DNA of 63,627 nucleotides, counting the filler, from Reticulomyxa filosa (taxonomy: Eukaryota > Protista > Foraminifera), in assembly GCA_000512085.1 (NCBI GenBank). It is 18 parts of 18 records of this genome, joined end to end, with 100 filler letters (N's around TTAATTAATTAA, not from the genome) between each part and the next. Parts side by side here need not be neighbours in the genome. Positions count along the whole stretch, not along the records: positions 50,640 to 55,471 come from ASPP01026070.1; positions 55,572 to 56,912 come from ASPP01014736.1; positions 57,013 to 61,212 come from ASPP01004118.1; positions 61,313 to 63,627 come from ASPP01001298.1; 14 more parts are not named here. The stretch is one strand, 5' to 3'. Below, one piece after another: positions 53,228 through 63,627 of the stretch. Positions within the stretch are counted from its first letter, which is position 1; every line of letters begins with the position of its first letter. The position numbers and the translations under genes were made by a program. The notes beneath the pieces are model-generated. The model was not told the origin of the DNA. It worked only from the letters and a program-made list of their open reading frames with translations, and ran no database searches.

Positions 53228-53737
53228 ATGTCTGCGACAGCCTGTTACAAGTTCTTGCAATTTTGCGCCTGGTTTTGTTACTTGGGAATTATTGTGGGAG
53301 TATTTTGGTCTTGGCTCACAAGTTCGTTGTACGACAGTGGTGACGCTAGTAGCGTGGATTGTAATTCGTCCTTCGACTTTGACAGCAAGAACAGACAAGT
53401 GGATACCTATTCATTTATTACATTTGTTATCGGGATAATATATGTTGTGGTAGTCGGTATCTTGTTTTGCAGCACGTTTTGCCGTAAGGACCAGGAATCT
53501 TGCAAACGTACCTGTAGCTTGTTGCGCCTGTTAATGCTTGTGCTCACTGTTTTAGTCAGCTTGGGGGCAATGTACATATTGTACATGGACTGGGAGATAT
53601 TGCGGAATTGCGATGACTCGAATTCAGACACTTGGCAGCAATATAACACTGCGAGATGGATATTGGTTGGATCATCTGCGCTTTCTTGTGTATTTTCTTT
53701 TTTGGCGTGTTGCACGAGATTCTTTTTTGAAGACTAA
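53228..53737 (+). CDS. Small four-TM Cys-rich membrane protein
   Basis: Intact 169-aa ORF with four hydrophobic helices. Confidence 0.75.
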   Translation: MSATACYKFLQFCAWFCYLGIIVGVFWSWLTSSLYDSGDASSVDCNSSFDFDSKNRQVDTYSFITFVIGIIYVVVVGILFCSTFCRKDQESCKRTCSLLRLLMLVLTVLVSLGAMYILYMDWEILRNCDDSNSDTWQQYNTARWILVGSSALSCVFSFLACCTRFFFED

Positions 53738-54101
53738 TCCAATATATGTTGTACCTTTAGGATTTGTTTTAATTTGAATTGTTTGACTTTTTTGTAACTT
53801 TTCGGCGCTTTTAAAATGAAGCAAATGCATCCTGAAGGTCTTTTTTTATTGATCTATTTTTTTAGCTGAAATGAACCACAAAGTAAATAACAATCTTCTG
53901 GGATCTCACATGAACCACTTCTTAATGTATTTTATTATTTCCAAACAGATTTGGTTTTACAATTCTTCACTTGGCACAGAAATTACGTACTTGATGTCGC
54001 TTTTTTTTTTTTGGCAAATAATGGCGGTCATTGATTGGAATTTTTTAAAAAAATCAAAAGGACCTGCCCAAAGTTTTTTTTTTCTCCCAAATAAAGCTGG
54101 A

Positions 54102-55148
54102 ATGGAGGAAATCCAAAAAGTACACAAGCAGCAAACGAAAGAATATCTAGAGAAAATACAATCATCAGAAGCCTGGAAAAAATTGGTAGCAACAATGCAT
54201 TTGAAAGACGTCAGGATGGAAGTGTTTTCAGATAGACATTATCCAGAGGCGTTGACGCTGTTGTCATTCCAATTTAGTATGTATGGAGGAACGATAAACC
54301 ATGCATCTTTCCATGTCTCTGCCGAAGAGAACCTGGCTCGATTTAAGCCGCTATTGCGCTTTGCAATCGAAACGGGGACGTCATTGGCCACAGTGAAAGT
54401 GGACACAAATCGTTTAGTGGCCATAACGATAATGTACGACCTGCTCGCCAAAGTGCCAACAGAAATTAATAGTACATTTCAATTGTTTAGGAAAGAGATC
54501 ATTAACCAGTCGTTGCTAAGTCTGCCCTCTATAAAAAATAATGTATTCGACACGAATATGCAGCCCTTGCCGTTTGTATATGTGTACATGTATATGTATA
54601 TGCATATATAATACGTGTATGTATTTGTATATATCTGTCCATATATATATATTCGTAGACATATCAAATATGGAGAAGTGCAATGGCTCGATGTATTCGC
54701 TGTCGATCCTTTCTTTAAACACCAAGGAATAGGAATATTCAATGCCTTCATATCCACACTGCTAATGTATTGCATCGGATACAAGCAGTATCTGGGAGTC
54801 GCGACGAATCCAGCATCAAGTCTGCTAATGGTGACCACGACGCAAAAAACAAATGCCACTTTAAATTATACAATCTTTGATTATAGTGAGTGTGAGCTCA
54901 TCACAAAGAACGACGAACATATCTCACGTATGAGTGATGTGTACAATAGGCTGATCACGAAATTCGGATTCACCGAAAAATATGTGCAACAGCTCAAAGA
55001 ATCCTCCAAAATGTTAGTGTTTTTGCAAGACTTGCAAGACTACAAATGGTGGACACGCGTAGCTGAAAAGAATTTTTTCAATTCCAAAGCTGTGGTCGAC
55101 CAATTTGTCCTTTCGAAGATGAAGACAAAGTCAAGGGCGAAACTGTAA
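54102..55148 (+). CDS. GNAT-family N-acetyltransferase-like protein
   Basis: Motif A-like LDVFAVDPFFKHQGIG; GYKQYLGVATNPAS; one intron ~54572-54658. Confidence 0.7.
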
Positions 55149-55582
55149 ATTATGAGCTGGATCATAGACCGATTTTTTATTGTTGTTGTTGTTGTTGGGC
55201 TTGTTTTATTTGAAATCTTAAATATCTCTACTGTAAGTTTGAGTCGTAACATAACATAAAATAAAACACTTTTTGATAAATCGCAATCCTGCTTTTTCAT
55301 TAACATTTCAGAGCTTGGTCATTTGCCTACTGTTCACTCTTTGCTGTGGAACAATTCAAACTGCCATATTACATCAAAAATATTCTTTTTTTTTTTTTTT
55401 TTGTTTCTTCCTAGCTATCTCGAAACATTGATGTGTAGGTAGATAGGATAAGCCGATAAATAACAAAAACTNNNNNNNNNNNNNNNNNNNNNNNNNNNNN
55501 NNNNNNNNNNNNNNNTTAATTAATTAANNNNNNNNNNNNNNNNNNNNNNNNNNNNNNNNNNNNNNNNNNNNATGTACATTTT

Positions 55583-55615
<33 letters not shown>

Positions 55616-55779
55616 CCCCCCTGCCCCTCCTCTCAGACGGACAAAGATTGATTGGAGGCGAAGGAGTAGAGGCCGTTTTGGGTGGGTTTATTGCCCACGT
55701 TGAAAATGTTACGTCTTTTTTTTTTTAAAAAAAAAAAATATGACAAGTTTTGAAGGGAATTACAAAAGGGAGAAAAAAA

Positions 55780-56912
55780 GAGATTAATTGGCAACAACAC
55801 AACTGCAGAGTGAAGTGGTGAACGCTGCGCTAGGAACATTGATCAATCTCTGCGCATTGTCGGCCAACGCAATATCGTTCATCGAAGAAGGCGGTGTGGA
55901 ACACTTGCATACGCTGTTGCTAAACTCTGATCTTTCTCCTCAATCCAAACTGGAAGCAACCAAGATTCTATCAAACATTGCCAATTTACCAGGTTATATA
56001 CATATATTTATTCACACGATATGGTATTGTTTTGTTTTTTTTTTTAAATATAAAATAAAAATAATTTTTTTATACAATAGACGCAGCTCCGGCATTGTCG
56101 GAGAGCGAACATTTGGTACCTGTGATAATAACGGTGCTCAACTCGTCGACACCAAGCTCGTCGGTGCACATTCAGGTGCTGAAACTGATAAACACGTTGG
56201 CCATACGACTGACCAAACCTGCGCAAAAGTTAGACTTTTTGCGTGCCTTGGCGCAAGAAGACCTGCTCGAGATTGTGAGCAAGCAATTGGAACACGAGTT
56301 TGAAAAGGAAATCGACCCCAGCATGACACAAGCGAAAATCGATGCGAAAAAAAACAGATTGGAGAATGCTTCAAAGAGTTTGCTGCCATGCTGTCATTTG
56401 TCGTGCAAGCCGGAGACGAACAATTAAAGGAAGATGTGAGCATGCATCAATTGCCGTGTAAACTGGTCGCTCCGTGCATCGACTATCCCACTCCTGCCTT
56501 GTTGTATCATTCCATGGCTCTCTTCTTTCATTTGTGTGACAACTCAGGTTCATTGGCATGGTCCACTTTTACTATGTTTAAATAATAATAATAATACGTA
56601 TACCGACAAACACGAGTCGTTTTTTTTTTTTTTGGATTTGTTGGGAATAGATTTGCAATCTGGGCTAATCGAAGAGGGAATTGTGTATTGCTTATTTGAG
56701 AGTGAGTGGTACATGACTCCTGGCCTGGATGATACCGCCTTACGGTTGGGCTGCGGTACCATGGTCAAGTTGTTGGCAGAATATGGCAATCACATTGAAA
56801 ATTGGGATATCAAAGACACTCAACCACATATTCAAAAATTCGTTAATTGGGTTGGAAGAAACAAACCTCAAATCAACAACTTGGCACAAGCACTTAATGT
56901 TTGTTTGTCTTT
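55780..56912 (+). CDS. Armadillo/HEAT-like repeat protein fragment
   Basis: AALGTLINLC..NAISFIEEGGVEHLHTLL; EATKILSNIA. Confidence 0.65.
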
Positions 56913-57012
56913 NNNNNNNNNNNNNNNNNNNNNNNNNNNNNNNNNNNNNNNNNNNNTTAATTAATTAANNNNNNNNNNNNNNNNNNNNNNNNNNNNNNNN
57001 NNNNNNNNNNNN

Positions 57013-59984
57013 CTTTTACTTTTACTTTTACTTTTACTCTTGCTTTTACTAATGAGTCGCGGCAAAGACAGATCGTCTTTGCTTTGACGCGCTTGGCCAG
57101 ACCTTCTGATGCGTTGATACGACTGCGCGTGCACATGCTGTATATGCGGCTGTTGTGACTGCAGCTGTGACTGCAGCTGTGGTGTGGCGTGTTTGCCATT
57201 GGACCGAGTGGAAACGCCTTGTTGACGCACAGACAGTGACTGGGTGGACACGAACGCATTCGCGACGGAAGATATGGAAGAGTCGGAGATTGGGACATTC
57301 AAAGTCGCAGAGGGTGGTTGTCGATACTGCTGTTGATACTTTGGTATATTGGGCAGATTTTGTTGAATTTGCACTTGCAACTGTGATTGTGATCGTGATC
57401 GTGATTGTAATTGTAATTGCGATTGTGATTGCAATTGCAATTGTGATTGGGTTTGTGCTTGAGTAAAAGTTTTTTCATCATCAGAGGAGAGTTGATGACT
57501 GGGCTCATTGAAAAAGGCCTTGCTTGGCCAAGTGGCAGTGGGATGCTTCATGTTGACATGCGGTGGCAGCGGTGCGAACCGTTGACGAAGGTCAATTGAC
57601 ACAACTGGATTACTCAAGGCGTGCTTCACTGTCTTTTGTTCAGACGAGGGTGTCGTCTCTCGAAATTGGCCTAATTGAGGAGTTACCATCGCATTGCGAT
57701 TTGTGCGTCTCGGTTGAAGCGTCTGCGTTCCTAATTTCCCCATTCCACCAATCCTTGCTGTTGATATCACCCAATATAATATCTATACTTTTGTATGCAT
57801 ACATTATACTATACATTCGAAATACATACAATATTCACAATTACTTCTAAATATTATATAAAATTTGAGAGAGAGAGAGAGAGAGAGAAGGAAAAAAAAA
57901 ACCTAAACATCATCGAATAAAGAAATAATGGATGGCCACAGATTCATGGCGAATGCGGTTAATTTCTCAAATGCTTTGTCTTCAGACCAACCGGTCAAGC
58001 ATGTCAAATATTCTCCTAACTAATGCAAGACAATTGTTAATAAAGCCATTGCCAACAATCAATCAATCGATTAATCAATTGATCAAATAAACAAACAAAC
58101 AAACAAACAAGCAAATAAAAGGTAAATAGAATAAATGAACGAGTGCGACCCAACTCGGACAATGTTTGGCTTGGGCGTTGCAATACTAAGTGTGTCTGCT
58201 GTTCCTTGCTTTCGACACAAATTCACGCACATACGAATGTCATTGGTCCACGCGATTTGTTCGTCTATCCAATGTTGTGTGCATATGATCATAAGTCGGG
58301 GATATTGTCGCAAAATATTCCCATCCCCCTCGACTTATCCATCCACACTCACACAATCCTTTTTCTTAAAAAAAAAAAAAAAAAAAAAATAGTAAGTATC
58401 AAAGCAAGTCCTCTATTTCGTAAAAGTATTAAACATATATCATATATATATACATATATATATATATATGTATATATATATATTGAAACTGGAGGTAGAT
58501 AAGACTTGAATGAAGCAAGACTTGTCACTACCAAAAGAAAAGCCCAGCTTATCGCCGGAAGTGCTTTGGAATTGAAAGTGCGGCAAGTTTAAATATTGCA
58601 TTCCTTTCCAAACTAAATGTGTCCATGTTTATTTTTTTTTTGGTGTCCGCACCACACCAAGCAGTCGTTAAATAGCATCAAGTGTCTCATTTTCTGCGTC
58701 TTTCGCCGCGTGATGCGTCGCATCGTTTCCATTTTTAAATCACCACTTCGAATCAACACACGTCCACGTTTTACCAACGTCTCGTTCTCCGTGCCTGATA
58801 TCAGTTTTTCCAACGGAATTATTTGCATTTGGTTCTCGATGCTTTTCAAGCCTATTTGCGAATTTTATTTGTTTGTTTGCATATTTCTTTAAGTGGCATC
58901 AATTATTATATTTTTTTTTTTGGAGGTATGTATACATCATACAAAAATATATTATATTATATATACATATATGCATATGTATATATTAGGGCATTACATC
59001 CCGCCACAAAAAAAAAAAAAAACAAACAATTCTTCGATTGGATAAAGAGTGATTCGAATAGCTTGATTTTAGAAGCCAGCTCGGTGTGACTCCTTTTGAC
59101 AAAATCAAAAGCTGCGTTTTGACATTGGATTAGCAAATGGCGGTATTTGTTCATTCGAGATGTCATCACATACACAAGATATACTGGCAATGTTGGCTCA
59201 CCAATTATTTGTCGCAATTCATGGTGCAAAACATTACTTTTTTTCCCCCCCCCCCCAGCCATCACAATTCAAAAAAAAAAATTCTAACCTTTCATTCTTT
59301 TTTTTTTTTTTGTCTCAGCACTTTAAAAAAAAAAAAAAAAGAAAATAATAAAAATTTTTTGCGGTCTTACGCATTTTCGGCTGAAGGTGTAAGTGATGGG
59401 AGAAGGGACGACTTTTGCTGATGCAAGAATACTTTGAAAGTGTCATTAAAAGTAGTCGTCATTTTTTCTTGGAGTTTGATATTGCTGAATACGTATTTGA
59501 ACCACAATGCAAATTCTTCATCAAACCATTTCATCATTTGCATGTGCATTGACACATGGGGGTGCATCCATTCTATGAATTGTTGCAACCACACTTGTTG
59601 CAAATATTGGTTTTGTTCTCGTTCTTGCTCTTCTTGTTCCCGTTCTGGTTCTCGTTCGGATTCGGGTTCTTGCTCTTCTTCTTCATCGTCCTCCTCGTCC
59701 TTTTCATTCTGATTTTTCCATGCCGATTTCAGTTGGGCCAAAAAAGTATCATGAATTTTCTCTGCATTTAGTAATTCTTTGCACACGTTTGCATAAAACT
59801 CATTGGGCAGATGCCATTGACTACTTCCGTGTTCCAACAAAGGTTTACAAATTCTTTCACAAACCATTTTCAATACTACATTGTACTGTTCTTCTTCCAA
59901 TAACCAATCACATATTACCAGTTTTTTACTCTTTGACGATGATAACAAAAGTGAGCGAATATTCAACTGCTCTTTTGTTGTCAT
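57013..59984 (-). CDS. DH-PH RhoGEF-like protein, possibly with a degenerate SH3 and low-complexity tail
   Basis: DH-like LLEEEQYNVVL and RMNKYRHLL; PH-like LVKRGRVLIRSGDL..RHLMLFNDCLVWC..EQIAWTNDI; DWWNGE. Confidence 0.65.
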
Positions 59985-60584
59985 TTATTGCAAATTGCTT
60001 TTGATTGCGTGTATTTTTTTTTTAAGCAAAAAAAAAGCTTGTAAACACAAATTGTATTCCCTCTGGCACAAGAATCATTGTTGCAATCCATCAATTTGAG
60101 TCCATAGCGTTTCTATTAACAGTCTTGCAGAAGGAAAAAAGAAAATGGACCTCAAAATTTAGTTTTTGGATCTATTCAATTACATTGTTTTCAATATTCT
60201 CCAAAAAAAAATAATACTTTTCACACATTGTACACCATTTATTTTATTTTTGAGGGTCTTTTAGAGCAAGCAATGGTGTGCGCGCGACATCAATCTTTTT
60301 TTCCCTTTTTGGAAAAAATTTATCTATTCGCCGAACAAGAAATTTCTGAACATTGGGGTGCGTCAAACATGAAACTCATTGCTCTGAAAAATTGACAACA
60401 AAAAAAAACTCACAATCAAAACAAAGGACCAAAACATGAACTCAAAAAAGACAAAAAAAAAAAGAAACAACAAAAAAATGTTTATTGAAAAAAAAAACAT
60501 TGCATCATCTCAACAAAAAAATTTAATTGAAACAATAGGTACTGTTACTGTCACAGTTTTTTTGAAATATTGTCATGACGTCTG

Positions 60585-61090
60585 CTACACTTGCGAATCT
60601 TCGAGAATAGGTTTCGAAGGATCAACCACTCCCTCAGTGGCATCAATGGCATGGACTTGTGTGGAATCTGGTTGGATAGATGTTCCCGTGGTGGCGGTGC
60701 CGAAAGAACGTAAGCCATGCGCGTCATCATTGAAGAGATTGTCGGTGTGATCGTTAATCTTATCTTGCGACTCTTCTTCGTTTTGTGGGACTCGCTCCGC
60801 CAACATTCCCGTGCGGTCAATTTTCGTTTTGATGAAATGCGACGCGTGCGTGCTATAGAAGATCCACACGGCGCCAATGGACATCAAGACGATCAACACA
60901 ACCGTCACGGAAATAGCAATCACTGCATTTTTGGACAGACCAGAGCTGCCACTGCTACCACCGCCTTGGTTTGGACAAGCAATGTTATACTTGTAATAAG
61001 GCAGAGAGGGATTGTTGTTAAAGCGCTCGCATCCTTCCGCCACTTGCATGTGATCCGAAGGCTTGCGTGTGCAAGTGCTGTCATTCAAAT
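60585..61090 (-). CDS. C-terminal exon of a single-pass membrane protein
   Basis: Cys-containing ectodomain end, Gly/Ser linker, TM AVIAISVTVVLIVLMSIGAVWIFY, cytosolic tail. Confidence 0.7.
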
Positions 61091-61312
61091 AGCTTCATTG
61101 CGCAATCAATTGCACATTTATTGTTACCATTCAAATAAAACAAAAAAAAAACATTAAGATTTTTATATACATATAAATATAAATATAAATATAAATATAT
61201 ATATATATATATNNNNNNNNNNNNNNNNNNNNNNNNNNNNNNNNNNNNNNNNNNNNTTAATTAATTAANNNNNNNNNNNNNNNNNNNNNNNNNNNNNNNN
61301 NNNNNNNNNNNN

Positions 61313-63570
61313 CTGTTTGTGTGTTTACAAAAACATACTTTGGTTTTTTGAAATCTTGAAAAAGGATCTCTTAAATTTGTGTATACTTCAGCCAAACTTC
61401 GATCGATGGCACGTATAACACTTTCCACTAATTGATTGGGCATATTTTCGACATTGTGTTTGGCCCCAGCAGATAAAATATGTTTACTCACAGCTTTTTG
61501 GGAAGGCTTGATGGCATTGCCCTTTCCCATGAAATAGATAGTCATTGAACGAAGATTTTCAAATCCTGGTCGTGTATTGAGTTTGTGCGCGCCACTACCG
61601 ATGCTCGAGCCAGGACTATGTACAGTTAAATGCGTGGTTCTTGTAGTATCGACAACATCAAACGGAGAGCCATTTACAATCGGATGGTGCGTATTCGAAG
61701 CTAAATCTTCGATTTTGTGGTCACTCAAATGTTTATCGGAAATCGTTCGATTGTTGGAATCGTCGTTGCCATTGCGTGAACTGTCGTGATGAGAGGATTG
61801 ATTTGGAGTCACATTATCTTTCGGTTGATGAGGTGGCGGATCCCCCTGTTCCATGTGCGTCTCCTGAGGAGAGTGTTTGGTGTTCCCGTTGGCAGAAGTG
61901 ACCTCGGGTATCCTCATTGTGCCACTGACGTGAGTGTAATTCGATTGCTCCATTGTCCTCGAGTGACTTGTATTGTTTTGCTCTTCTTTGTCCAAGAACG
62001 TATTGCTTGGCTTAGCATTCAATAAAGACTTTGTATTCGGACTTGTTATGTTCTCACCCGTATTATTGTCGTTGTTATTATTGTTGTTGTTGTTGTTTTA
62101 TTGCCACTGCCGTTAATGCTGCCATTGACAGTGGTCCGTTGCGTGTCACCACCGAAAAAATCTGATCGCACTGTCATATTTTCGAGCTTATCTTCAAACT
62201 CACTCAGCTCCTCTTCGATTATTTTATCTTGAACTTGTCCAAAACTGTCCACTGTTTCTTGTGTCCTTGGCAAAGGCGCAATTCGAATTTTACTTCCTGT
62301 GTATAAGCCACACCACGTATACATTCACGTACACACTTTTTTTTTATTTATTTCAATGAATACGTATGTATGTATATGTATATACGTGCCTTTGGTCGTG
62401 TCCATCCTCGCTGTTCTTGTGAAAAAATCTTCGTGACTGACACTATCTTCCGTGGCAACTTCCACTATCCCGTCGAGTTCAGCGTCTTCATCGTCGTCAA
62501 TACCGACGATGTAGTTTTGCGGACGAGACAAGTTCAGCATTTCGTTATCGTTGGTTTGGACCTTCGGCTCCGTGTATTCCTGGTCATTGGTCAGATCGGT
62601 CATTGTCACTACTGCAATGTTCTTGTTCATTCGCACAGCATGCTGATCCGATTGAGGAACGTCCAAAGTGCTTGTTGTTCTTTTTTTTTTTTTTTTTTAT
62701 TTAAAAAAGCCTATTTACTTAATTTATTGATTATTTTTATTTTTTTTTTTCTTGTGAAAAAAAAACAGAATAAAACCTCTTTGTATTTTGGGTCATGTGT
62801 GGGCTGGTCGATGGTGGCTGCTCGCTTACGTTGGACATCGGGCAGGTCCTTTTGCGGCGAAGCTGGTGCTTGTGAGTAGGTCCTGCCAAGATTAGGAGTG
62901 TACATTGAATTCGGACTGATTTTGGAAGGCTTTACTTTCGTTTTTTTGGCAACCGTCGCGTGTGGCGACTGCAGAGAGAGGTTTCTCGGACCGTCTGTCT
63001 TATGATCACCGACATCATTTGCAGTTTTGGTGATTATGTTTGGGGGTTTGGAAAAGTCTCTCACCACCAATTTGTGATGTTTTTCCAACTGTTGTCTGTG
63101 ATGGTCCGCTGAAGACATGGACTTTTGTTCGGAAAACGTTTCACGGAGCGTGGTTCTCCCTTTCGTACCTCGTCCCTCATCCATGGGCTGTCCTTGTGTG
63201 CTGTGAATCGAACTGCCCGCCGAGTATTTATGCTTCGTGTCATTTGGACGAAGACTGTGTCCGATTCCAAACCAATTGGTGGTTCCATCGAACGCCTCAT
63301 TCACAGATGGCTCGATAATGTCATCACGAGTGTCGAAATCTAATGTTATCCCAAAGTGGTTACACACTGCCACGTATACTTCCCTACAAGCAAAACGAGT
63401 TTCCCAGCTTACATTGATTTGTGCTGGAGCTGCTGAAAAATGTCCATCGTCAATGTATTTCTCATACAGTGCAAGGAAGCGCAGTCCAACAGTCGGAAAT
63501 TGCTTTATTATGCGTGACTCTGGCAGCCCTTGCGGAAGAGGATATAGTATTGTGTTGTCGCACGCTTTAG
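61313..63570 (-). CDS. RGS-domain protein fragment; domain split by a long low-complexity insert
   Basis: LYEKYI...APAQINVS (~63400-63470) and IDRSLAEVYTNLRDPFSRF (~61350-61410). Confidence 0.75.
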
Positions 63571-63627
63571 GGCTGTGTGCAAAAAAAAAAAAAAAAAAAG
63601 CAAACCTTTTTTTTTTTTTTTTTTTTT

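Noticed and set aside
5162-61312. Recurring TTAATTAATTAA palindrome as a biological repeat or CRISPR-like array
   Set aside because: Always centred in 44+44 Ns; it is a synthetic six-frame-stop contig linker

Overview
Eukaryotic, AT-rich, intron-containing genomic DNA. It consists of 18 contigs joined by an artificial 100-nt linker (N44-TTAATTAATTAA-N44), so adjacency across a linker is not evidence of linkage. The gene style (expanded WD40, Kelch and TRAF-zinc-finger families with pseudogenes, poly-Asn tracts, (TA)n/poly-T introns) resembles a foraminiferan such as Reticulomyxa filosa; this is inference, not a database hit. Recognisable genes: a class C GPCR with a Kelch-like plus beta-helix ectodomain, AP-3 mu, a core-1 galactosyltransferase (GT31), copine with a probable WW tail, a large DENN protein with three F-BAR-like units, an N-acylated Rab-like GTPase, a tandem CAP-Gly protein, an HAE/PCxxC zinc deaminase, a RasGEF, a PPR-like protein, a GNAT, an ARM protein, a DH-PH RhoGEF and an RGS protein. 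The most notable items are the GPCR architecture, the virus/phage-like deaminase, a hairpin-rich candidate ncRNA region, and repeated -1 frame breaks at coding-strand A-runs (most likely sequencing error). All family assignments are by eye from motifs, and exon boundaries are approximate.
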